Of a stretch of DNA of 20,926 nt, positions 8,377-16,279 are shown one piece after another. A program made the position numbers and the translations under genes. The notes below the pieces were generated by a model. It did not search any database and was not told the origin of the DNA. It was given only the letters and a program-made list of their open reading frames with translations. Every line of letters begins with the position of its first letter. Position 1 is the stretch's first letter. The stretch is taken from NCBI GenBank assembly GCA_039208735.1, contig JBCCQY010000170.1, positions 1 through 20,926 of the forward strand, read 5' to 3'. Source of the stretch: Myxococcota bacterium. GTDB taxonomy: Bacteria; Myxococcota_A; UBA796; GCA-2862545.

Positions 8377-9333
8377 ATGTCTCTCGCTACTGGTTCACTG
8401 TTCGGTGAATACCGGGTTCGACGCCGCCTTGGCGTCGGCGGCATTGCCACCGTGTACGCCGTTCAACATCGCCGTCGGGGCACCTGGCATGCCTTAAAGG
8501 TGCTCCAACACGCCCACTCCAGGCGTCGCGACCAATTGCGTCGTGAGGCCGAACTCCAAACCGCGATCGGCGGTCCGATTGTGCCCATCGAAGAAGTCAT
8601 CGACCTTCATGGCTACTTCGGCAACGTCATGCCGTTGATCGAAGGCGCCTCCTTGTTTCAGCTTGCGAGCCGTCACACCTTGAATCCCCGTGAGGCTCTG
8701 GTGCTGTTTCAGGGGTTGGTCGTCGGCATCGATCACGCCCATCGCGCGGGTATCGTGCACAATGACGTCAAACCCTCGAACGTGTTGATCAGCCCTGAGG
8801 TAAAGGTCCACCTCGCCGATTTTGGTCTTGCCCTGCGCCTGGGTGAACTCGCCCCCGCTGGATTTGCAGGAACCCCTGCCTACGCAAGCCCCGAGCGGTT
8901 GGCAGAGTCCATGATCATCACCAAAGCGGGTGATTTGTGGTCACTGGGCATCATCCTGTACGAACTGCTCGCAGGTCACCGACCCTTCGAAGCCACCTGC
9001 CTCGTGGGCATGCGCGCCGCAGTCCAAGAGCCCATCGATTTCGATCCCATTCCCGCTCCCCTTGCGCCGCTCGTCGCGGCCATGCTCGAGCGGATTCCTG
9101 AGTTTCGGATGCAGTCCACGACGGAGCTGCTGGACGCACTTTCGGCATTCCAGCCTGTGATGCACGCGCCGACCCTCGGAATCAAGGTGCTCGAGGCTGC
9201 CGATCACTTCGTTGAGAAGGTGCCCAAGGCCGGGCAGACGATGTTTCCCGATGAGTTCGACGACCCTGAAGACCCACTGGTCAGCGACCAGGGGGAGCCC
9301 AGCTGGTCCGAACCGCAACCCGCCATGGGTTAA
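8377..9333 (+). CDS. Hanks-type Ser/Thr protein kinase, cytoplasmic, non-RD
   Basis: LGVGGIATVY, HALKVL, RREAE, HNDVKPSN, DFG, GTPAYASPE, DLWSLGIILYELLAGHRPF. Acidic/Pro tail, no TM segment. No SD before ATG 8377, so the start is uncertain. Confidence 0.93.
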   Translation: MSLATGSLFGEYRVRRRLGVGGIATVYAVQHRRRGTWHALKVLQHAHSRRRDQLRREAELQTAIGGPIVPIEEVIDLHGYFGNVMPLIEGASLFQLASRHTLNPREALVLFQGLVVGIDHAHRAGIVHNDVKPSNVLISPEVKVHLADFGLALRLGELAPAGFAGTPAYASPERLAESMIITKAGDLWSLGIILYELLAGHRPFEATCLVGMRAAVQEPIDFDPIPAPLAPLVAAMLERIPEFRMQSTTELLDALSAFQPVMHAPTLGIKVLEAADHFVEKVPKAGQTMFPDEFDDPEDPLVSDQGEPSWSEPQPAMG

Positions 9334-9403
9334 ACCTGTACGACCGTTCGTTCAAGGTCACAGCCAACTCGCATTCCCGTCCGCCAGATCCGAGCGGCAG
9401 GGC

Positions 9404-10237
9404 ATGCTGTCCTTCCGAACTGACATTGCGCTGATGCGCGCCACCTCGATTCTCCAACGTGCGGTACGCGAGTCACCCGACCAGGTGCGCAAGTTGAGCA
9501 CCGGCAACCGGTTGTCAAGTGTCGCCGAAGATGCAGCCGGAAGCGGCGTTGCTTCGCAATTGAAGGCCCGTCGCTTTTCGCTACGGATGGCCATGCACAA
9601 CAGTGAGAACGGCATCTCACTCATCAGCGTCGCGGAGTCGGGATTGCAAGAGGTCAGCGGCAATCTCAAACGCATGCGCGAACTCGCGGTGTATTCCGCC
9701 TCGGATACCCTCGATGACGACGAGCGCGTCTACCTTGACGACGAGTTCGTGGCTCGGGCCGACGAAATCACCCGGGTTGCATCGATGACCGAGTGGAATG
9801 GCGTCAGCCTGCTCGATACCGACGGCCAAATTTACGAGGTTCAAGTTGGCATCGACGGCACAGCCAACAGCCGCATCAACATCTACCTGTCCGACCTGCG
9901 AGCCAATGGCCCCAACATGGGTGTCGACGCAGGAAGCATCGACGTGTTGACCGCAGCCAACGCTCGCGGGGCCATTGGAGCGGTCGACCAAGCCATCGAC
10001 TTCGTCAACAGCCTGCGTTCGGGGCTCGGCGCCACCCAAAATCGCATTACGGGGGGCTACCGCCTGGCCGATCGCATGCGGCTCAACGCGGCCGAGGCCG
10101 AATCCCGAATCCGTGACGTCGATGTGATGTTTGAAAGCGCTCAGTTCGCGAAGAGCACCATGACCCAGGACTCCGCGATGGCGCTGGTCATGCAGGCTCG
10201 TCAGATGTCGCGAACCGCCCTGCAGCTCCTTTCTTGA
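9404..10237 (+). CDS. fliC: Flagellin-family protein, short (277 aa, essentially D0/D1 only) and divergent
   Basis: KLSTGNRLSSVAEDAAG, NSENGISLISVAESGL, LKRMRELAV, QVG, RSGLGATQNRI, AESRIRDVD, C-terminal ALQLLS. Start ATG 9404; the track start 9212 overlaps the kinase. Confidence 0.88.
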   Translation: MLSFRTDIALMRATSILQRAVRESPDQVRKLSTGNRLSSVAEDAAGSGVASQLKARRFSLRMAMHNSENGISLISVAESGLQEVSGNLKRMRELAVYSASDTLDDDERVYLDDEFVARADEITRVASMTEWNGVSLLDTDGQIYEVQVGIDGTANSRINIYLSDLRANGPNMGVDAGSIDVLTAANARGAIGAVDQAIDFVNSLRSGLGATQNRITGGYRLADRMRLNAAEAESRIRDVDVMFESAQFAKSTMTQDSAMALVMQARQMSRTALQLLS

Positions 10238-10886
10238 AGCCACGAACGGGTTTGTAGGCTCGCGCCGCGCGAACCTGCACAATCGTGCCATCATCGAGCC
10301 ACATGCCGGTCAGTTCGCCGCCGTAGACGCAGCCCGTATCGAGCCCCACCACCTTTGGACGCCCCTGCGAGTCTGGCCGGGCCAAAAGCAGTCCCTGGCG
10401 TGCATCGTGGCCAAACACGACCCGCCGCTTGCCCTTGTAGACCTCCCACCAACGGGCGTCCGACGACGCGTCATCCGGCCATCGACGAAGCGACAGCGCC
10501 GTTTTGCGGGAGGTTCGATCCAACTTGCCCGATGGGTGCAGCGCGGCATGGACCACGGTCCACCCATCCACTTCGCGAAACAAGGGTTGGTCGGAGATCC
10601 ACTGGACCCAGGACGCATCCGCTTCCTTCAACGCTTCTACAACCGCCTGGCCGTGCGAATCGTCCTTTCGCTTGCCCTTCATCACATCGATCAGTCGTTG
10701 ATCGTGATTGCCAAGCACCACTTCCATGGCGTGTTCGCGAATCTGCTTGTGGACCCCCACCGGATCGGGGCCTTTGGTGTAGAGATCGCCCACGAGAACA
10801 ATGCGGTCAGGTCGGGTGCCCGACACCATGAGCGCGAGTTCGTCGCTGCAACCGTGGACATCACCAATCACCAGGGTCCGCGTCAT
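10188..10886 (-). CDS. PPP-superfamily metallophosphoesterase, ApaH/PrpE-like (Ap4A hydrolase or Ser/Thr phosphatase), 232 aa
   Basis: VIGDVHG, VGDLYTKGPD, LGNHD, VVHAA, VFGH, GLDTGCVYGGELTG. ATG 10886 overlaps the upstream stop (ATGA). The 3' end overlaps flagellin by 50 nt. Confidence 0.9.
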   Translation of the reverse strand: MTRTLVIGDVHGCSDELALMVSGTRPDRIVLVGDLYTKGPDPVGVHKQIREHAMEVVLGNHDQRLIDVMKGKRKDDSHGQAVVEALKEADASWVQWISDQPLFREVDGWTVVHAALHPSGKLDRTSRKTALSLRRWPDDASSDARWWEVYKGKRRVVFGHDARQGLLLARPDSQGRPKVVGLDTGCVYGGELTGMWLDDGTIVQVRAARAYKPVRGFKKGAAGRFATSDEPA

Positions 10887-13762
10887 TCCCCTACTCCGAG
10901 CCTCCGCTCGGCAAGCCTCCGAGCGGGTGGGAACGCCGCACGCAAGGCTTGCCGTCGCAACGCATCCCACGCGGCCGAGGTATCCACCCGATGCGCGTGT
11001 AGCTCGGCCGCCGCAATCCGGTGCAGGGCCCAGGGGGTCGCGAGAGCCTCCTCCCGAACCTGGTCCCAATGCGGCAGGGGGCCGTCTACAGCCAGCACCA
11101 AGGCCGCATGGCGAACGAGCCCCCCAAAGCCACGAGCCGACGCCAATGCCATGGCGGGCTGGGCTCGGGCGACGGCCGCCTCGGCATCTCCCTGACCGTA
11201 GACCCCAATCGCCCATTCAATCCTGGCCAAAAGGGCTTCGTGGCTCTCTTCTTCGGGCAGCTCGGGAAACGGGCGTTCGCCGTACCGAGCCTGACGCATG
11301 ACTACGGCAAGCGGCACCTCAGAGCCCTCCTCCCCGCGCCCCTGTTCCCAAGCGAGACGCTTCTGCAAAGCCTTCGTGGTCGCGATGCCGTTGTTATCGC
11401 CTGCCTCGTCGAAAGCGCGCAAGGACTCCACAAAGGCCTTTTCCGCAGCCGGAAGATCACCCCGCCACCAATCCACCCGCCCCTCGCGTTGCCAGGCCAG
11501 TCCGCGCAACTGCGGCGCCCGGTGTCGGTTTGCCCGCTGACGCACCACCGCACAGGCCGCTTGGACCCCTCCCCATGCTCCCTCTGACTCCGCCCAAGCA
11601 GCTTCCGTCGAAGCCACCCGGGCCGCATCGAGCGAGGCATCGCTGTGGGGGAGCTGTCCCCGCAAACGGGTCAGCGCCTCTGCTGCTTCGGTGCGTTCCC
11701 CCAAGGCGAGTCGAGCCTCGACGATCGCGGCCAACGCACGCACCTGGAGGGTCGGAGGAATCGGGTCGCCCGATGTGAGCGTAAGCGCCTTGACGAGGGC
11801 CTTGCGTCGTTGGCCTTCCCGAAGCGCAAGTTCGACGCGAAGCCACCGCGCCCACGCCCGTTCCCGGCGGGTATCGACCCGTGCTTCGACGGCCTCGATC
11901 CGCGCGACGGCATCCTCGACCGGGCGTCGGGCAAGTGCATACCGCGCGGAGGCCACGCACAGATCGAAGCTGAGAGGGTCATCTACGGCCGCCAACCAGT
12001 CCTTGGCCGCATGCCAGTCCCCACGCTCCACCGCATCGATCGCGGCCCGCTCGGCGGCCTCAAGGGCGTCTGCCATTCCGGCCCGGGCCTTGAGCACCGC
12101 TATCGCCTCATAGGCGTCCGGCGCTTCGTCTTCGTACACCGACGCCAGCGCCTCCGCCGCTCGGGCAGGGTCTTCCAGCCGCGCAGCCGCAAGTCGAAGG
12201 GCGGTCGGTCCGGCCAACGTGACGTGCTCGTCGCGGACCACAAGCCAGGGATCCCCAGGCGTCACGGGGCCTAGAAACGAGGCCGCCACCGCATGGGGCA
12301 GGGGTTCAGGAGCCACGACGAGGGCCCAGCCGTCCGCCGGCGGGAGGCCGAGTCGAGCGCCGTTCGGGGTGCGGCGCCACGCGAGCTCGACCACCGCCCG
12401 TGGTGACATCGGCCGCTCGAGCGAACCCGGGTCGACGGTCGCGCCAAGTCCCGCGGCAATCCGTGCACATACGTCCGGCTCGAACCTTGGCATCACCAAG
12501 ACGCGCGCCGCCATGTCTCGATGCAACCGCATCACGAGATCGCGCGATCGAGGGGTCGCCCAACGCGCCTCGTGGATCATCACGACCGCCACGGTCCGGC
12601 GTTCGGCCAGCGTTTCGAGAACCGCTGCGGTGGATGAATCCACGGCTTCGAGCTGCTCAACGATAAGCACGACCGGCCGCTCCTGCGCAAGCGTCTCCCA
12701 CGTCTCGACCGAACGTAGGCCTCGTGCAAGGCGCCCATACCGGCAGGTGACGGTGAACGGCCAAGCCCCTTGGGCATAGGCGAGCCGTCGGAGGTGCTCA
12801 CACAACCGGGCCCTTCCCGACCCCGTCGGCCCCTCGACCACCCAGATGCGCGCAGCCTCATCGCCCAACCCCGCCCCCAAGAGCGGATTCACCCATGGCC
12901 CTGGTGAAACGAAGGGCGGAACCGGCCACTCCGCCGAGCCTTCCCACGCAGAGATCGGGGTCTCGAGAAGGGACCGGGCGTCGGGTCGAGCCTCCGGATC
13001 GACGTCCATCATTCGATCAATGCGGTCTGACAACCCCAATGGAACCACGGGAATGCGGACGGTGAGGGGGGCCGGTCGCTCCACGACGACGTCCTCGCCG
13101 GCAAGACCGAGCCGCGGAAGATCGGCCACCCCCGCGAGCGCCTCGTAAAAGACCGCACCCAGCGCGTAGACATCGGCCTTGCCGTCATAGGGCAGGCCGG
13201 CCAACCGCTCGAGGGCATGGTACGCGGAGGCCGAGCCAACGGGGTGGATCGGGCCAAACGAAGAGACGGCGAAGGGACGCCCGAACGAGGTTCGCAGGAA
13301 GACCTTGTCGTTTCCTTGAATCTGCACCGCGTCGGGGACGATGGCGTGGTGGGCGAGCCCCTGTTGTTCGAGCGCCCATAGCACCCGAGCCACCTCGACC
13401 ATCCACCGGCCCGCCGCGGCGACCCGAGTCGTGACGGGCCGATCGGCAAGGGCAACCGCGAGCGACCGACCCTCAAACGGCGACAAGGCGGCCCACCACA
13501 GGCCGTCTTCGGTGGTGCCGACTTGCAGCACATCTTGGAGTCCGGGCACGCGGACCAACGCAGCCCGACGAGCCCCTTCGACGAAGGACGCTTCAAGGTT
13601 GTCACGACGCGCCATCACGAGCTGAACCGGCTGCCCAAAGGCCATTGCGGGTGCTTCGAACAGGTCCGGCCACCCCACCCTCGCGGGGGCCGGCAGTGGC
13701 GATTGGTCGAGGATGTAGGGGCCAAAGCGGGCACCTGCAGGTGGCATCGAAGCAGGCGTCAT
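10883..13762 (-). CDS. Pseudokinase + degenerate STAND/AAA-type P-loop domain + TPR-like helical repeats (~959 aa)
   Basis: Kinase fold recognisable (FGPY, EGRSL, YHALERLAG, KADVYALGAVFYEALAG, DPEARP) but catalytic motifs replaced. Then VVEGPTGSGRARL, RPVVLIVEQLEAVD and Ala/Arg-rich helical repeats (GDLPAAEKAFVESLRAFDEAGD). Start ATG 13762 (AGGA 8 nt upstream) or 13771. Confidence 0.8.
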   Translation of the reverse strand: MTPASMPPAGARFGPYILDQSPLPAPARVGWPDLFEAPAMAFGQPVQLVMARRDNLEASFVEGARRAALVRVPGLQDVLQVGTTEDGLWWAALSPFEGRSLAVALADRPVTTRVAAAGRWMVEVARVLWALEQQGLAHHAIVPDAVQIQGNDKVFLRTSFGRPFAVSSFGPIHPVGSASAYHALERLAGLPYDGKADVYALGAVFYEALAGVADLPRLGLAGEDVVVERPAPLTVRIPVVPLGLSDRIDRMMDVDPEARPDARSLLETPISAWEGSAEWPVPPFVSPGPWVNPLLGAGLGDEAARIWVVEGPTGSGRARLCEHLRRLAYAQGAWPFTVTCRYGRLARGLRSVETWETLAQERPVVLIVEQLEAVDSSTAAVLETLAERRTVAVVMIHEARWATPRSRDLVMRLHRDMAARVLVMPRFEPDVCARIAAGLGATVDPGSLERPMSPRAVVELAWRRTPNGARLGLPPADGWALVVAPEPLPHAVAASFLGPVTPGDPWLVVRDEHVTLAGPTALRLAAARLEDPARAAEALASVYEDEAPDAYEAIAVLKARAGMADALEAAERAAIDAVERGDWHAAKDWLAAVDDPLSFDLCVASARYALARRPVEDAVARIEAVEARVDTRRERAWARWLRVELALREGQRRKALVKALTLTSGDPIPPTLQVRALAAIVEARLALGERTEAAEALTRLRGQLPHSDASLDAARVASTEAAWAESEGAWGGVQAACAVVRQRANRHRAPQLRGLAWQREGRVDWWRGDLPAAEKAFVESLRAFDEAGDNNGIATTKALQKRLAWEQGRGEEGSEVPLAVVMRQARYGERPFPELPEEESHEALLARIEWAIGVYGQGDAEAAVARAQPAMALASARGFGGLVRHAALVLAVDGPLPHWDQVREEALATPWALHRIAAAELHAHRVDTSAAWDALRRQALRAAFPPARRLAERRLGVGE

Positions 13763-13948
13763 GCCCGGCATCCTACAGAAGGCGGAAAGCCAGGTGTTGC
13801 CGGGCTGGTTACCGTAGTCTGAAGGTTGGCGACCGCCGACCCGAGTCAGGGCGTCTCCGCGGTCCTGCGGTGCACCCACCCGGGCGGCGGATCGGAGTCG
13901 CATCGCTTCCCAAAAGGGAGGTCGGCGGTCGCACGTTGGAGGTGTGGA

Positions 13949-14683
13949 TTGTCGGTGCGGCGCTTCGAATTCATTCAGGGGAATCAAGCGAAGTTCTGGG
14001 AAGTCAATCGGCGCGGAGAGACGTTGTCGATCCGCTCGGGTCGGATCGGGGGCAACCCTGAAGTCAAGTACAAGACCCACGAAGACTTCATGGCCGCCGA
14101 GCGTGAATTCGACCGTCTCATCCGCGACAAACTTCAGCGTGGCTATGTCGAAGTCGACCCCGAGAACCCGTCGGAACCGGAACACCCGATGCCCCGTCGC
14201 TGGCTCGAGCTGCGGTCCGTGAATGGTGACGCGGTCCTCGATCTCGACCCGCCAGCAACGGACTACATCGTGTGGCGAATGGTGGAAGTCGGCGTCATGG
14301 ACAAGCAGGTGCAGCCGCCCGATACGCAGCGGTGGCTCTATCGGACCGCGCGCCGGTTCGGCCTCGACGACATTCCCGATGAAGGCCACCCCCAAGAAGA
14401 AGCGTTCTGGGACATGTACCTGGAGCTTTCCGAGCCCGATCGACGCCGGGAAACCCGCCAACACGGGGTTGTGGGCGCGTACAAGCTCGCGGCGTGGACC
14501 GACTGGATCGTGACCGCGAAGGAGGCCGGCTGGATCGCAGAGGGCGCCATGGCCCGAGCGCCTCGGCGCCACAAGCCATCCGCCGCACAGCGCCAAATCC
14601 TCGAAGAGTGGGTGGAGTTCAACCAGCAGGCCGCCGAACAGGGCGGCTACAAGGTGGACTGCACCGACGAAGAGGACCGGTAG
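13949..14683 (+). CDS. WGR-domain protein with uncharacterised C-terminal region (~244 aa)
   Basis: RRFEFIQGNQAKFWEV...SGRIG...FDRLIRDKLQRGYVE matches the bacterial WGR pattern (KFW...GRIG...K..KGY). GGAGGT at 13938-13943; start TTG 13949 or GTG 13955. Confidence 0.85.
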   Translation: MSVRRFEFIQGNQAKFWEVNRRGETLSIRSGRIGGNPEVKYKTHEDFMAAEREFDRLIRDKLQRGYVEVDPENPSEPEHPMPRRWLELRSVNGDAVLDLDPPATDYIVWRMVEVGVMDKQVQPPDTQRWLYRTARRFGLDDIPDEGHPQEEAFWDMYLELSEPDRRRETRQHGVVGAYKLAAWTDWIVTAKEAGWIAEGAMARAPRRHKPSAAQRQILEEWVEFNQQAAEQGGYKVDCTDEEDR

Positions 14684-14686
14684 TCG

Positions 14687-16225
14687 CTACAACACCCAGC
14701 GAATGCCAAACGTGACGCCATCGTTCTGCGCCCAGTAGGACAGCGCTCCGCCCTCGTAGGTGAGGGCATCTTCGAGGGTTTCGGGAGGCGCAACCTCAAA
14801 CCCATCGATGATGATGCCCCCAAGTTCCAGTTCGACAGCCTGACTGACCCGCCACGCGAGCGTCGGACGAACGAACGCTTCGAGGAAGGTGGGGTCGATG
14901 GCTCCCGAGATCTGCCACTTGAAACGCTCTTGGGCGAATGACCCTTGGAATCCACCAGCCACCTGCACCTGCAGAGGCCGTGAAAAGACCAACTCATCCT
15001 CGTCGGCGGCATCCACAAAGATGCGTTGCACCCGACCCTCGATCGACATCGCAAAGCCGGATCCTCGCGTGATGTCGATGCCCAAGCCGCCGGCGAGTTG
15101 CGGAGCGGTCCGCGACCGTCCCCACGTCTGTCGCACGACCCGGTCGCTTAGAAAGCCCACTTCGGCCCGCAACGCGACATCACCCACGATGGTTGAGCCG
15201 TCGGCGCCCGCCATCCAGGAGTACGGCCAATCGAACGTGAGCGTGCTGTCCGTGATCGATTCGGCACGTGAGACGCGGGCTCCTGCATCGCCAAACAGCC
15301 CGTCGTTGATGAGGGCGAACAGCTCATCTCGATCCTGCAGCGCGAGCTGAAGGTCCTCACGAAGGACCGCCTGGGGAAAGCGGCTTCGGATGCGCCCGCC
15401 AACCACGCCGATGTCGAAACCGGGTCCGTCGTAGCGGAACTGCTGGACGATGTCGCCCACGAACGCCTGCGGCAGGTTGTTTGTGTTGGTCGCGAAGTCC
15501 CGCCCCCGGCGGTAGCTCGTGTTGTTCGACTCTCGCAGATTGTTGCGCCGGATCGACTGGACGAAGCTTCGCCACTGAGACGCAGCGCCGAAGCCCGCAG
15601 GAAACTCGCCCTCTTCGAGGTCGACGGGCCCTTGGATGTCGGCCAGGTAGTCGTCGATCATCCGTTGCCGCAGGATCGACCAGTCCGTTTCCCGGAGCCA
15701 GAGGCGGTCTGGCGTCGCGAAGGGCACGTAGGTCGTCTCACTCCGGAACCGGCCTTTGGCGATCTTCAATGTGGCCAGGGGAACCGGCAAACGCTGGAAT
15801 TCACGAGGCGTCAGCAGTCCAATGCGCCCATCTACAGGGTTGATGAGGTCGTTGACGGGCAACAACTCGAGCTGGCCTGTGTTCTCGATCAATGCGCCTG
15901 CGCGAAGGCGAACCGGCGAGTTTTCGCCACCAAGCCGAACGTCCACCCCGGTGGGACCAAGCGACAGTTCGTAGAACGCCTCGTTGTTGTCGGGCGCCTG
16001 GATGCCGGGATCCTGCCCCAGCAGCAGATGGTGCTGAAACCAAGCCTCAACGAACCAGCGGTCCCCCCGCGAGGTTTCATCGCGCACGAAGCCTCGCACC
16101 CAGGTGTGCATGGCCAACGGGTCTTCCCCGTCGCGATCCGATGCGGTATCGACCGCGACACGGGGGTTGACGATCGCACCGACGGTCGGCGCACCAAAAG
16201 CCAGACTGGACCACCAGATGAGCAT
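14687..16225 (-). CDS. Putative outer-membrane beta-barrel protein of unknown function (loosely DUF1302-like), 512 aa
   Basis: Short signal MLIWWSSLAFG-A, many amphipathic beta-strands (HTWVRGFV, VALRAEVGFL, AFVRPTLAWRV, VELELGG), LLPVNDLINPVD segment, C-terminal strand GVTFGIRWVL. Last gene after a TonB receptor. Confidence 0.65.
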   Translation of the reverse strand: MLIWWSSLAFGAPTVGAIVNPRVAVDTASDRDGEDPLAMHTWVRGFVRDETSRGDRWFVEAWFQHHLLLGQDPGIQAPDNNEAFYELSLGPTGVDVRLGGENSPVRLRAGALIENTGQLELLPVNDLINPVDGRIGLLTPREFQRLPVPLATLKIAKGRFRSETTYVPFATPDRLWLRETDWSILRQRMIDDYLADIQGPVDLEEGEFPAGFGAASQWRSFVQSIRRNNLRESNNTSYRRGRDFATNTNNLPQAFVGDIVQQFRYDGPGFDIGVVGGRIRSRFPQAVLREDLQLALQDRDELFALINDGLFGDAGARVSRAESITDSTLTFDWPYSWMAGADGSTIVGDVALRAEVGFLSDRVVRQTWGRSRTAPQLAGGLGIDITRGSGFAMSIEGRVQRIFVDAADEDELVFSRPLQVQVAGGFQGSFAQERFKWQISGAIDPTFLEAFVRPTLAWRVSQAVELELGGIIIDGFEVAPPETLEDALTYEGGALSYWAQNDGVTFGIRWVL

Positions 16226-16253
16226 GGTCCCAGCGCTATCGGAGGAGCGACAG

Positions 16254-16279
16254 GCCCGCCACCAGATCTGACGGCAGGC
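16254..16279 (-). terminator. Hairpin immediately after the TonB receptor stop (attenuator or mRNA stabiliser)
   Basis: On the - strand GCCTGCCGTCA-GATC-TGGTGGCGGGC, an 11-bp stem with G-U pairs. No U-tract. Confidence 0.4.

Noticed and set aside
9334..9403. Sigma28 promoter for flagellin
   Set aside because: TAAA and TCAAG are present nearby but no GCCGATA-like -10 element at the right spacing.
13763..14596. N-terminal 278 codons of the 1237-aa ORF (10883..14596, -)
   Set aside because: Mostly antisense shadow of the WGR gene; kinase-like sequence and an SD only begin at ~13762.
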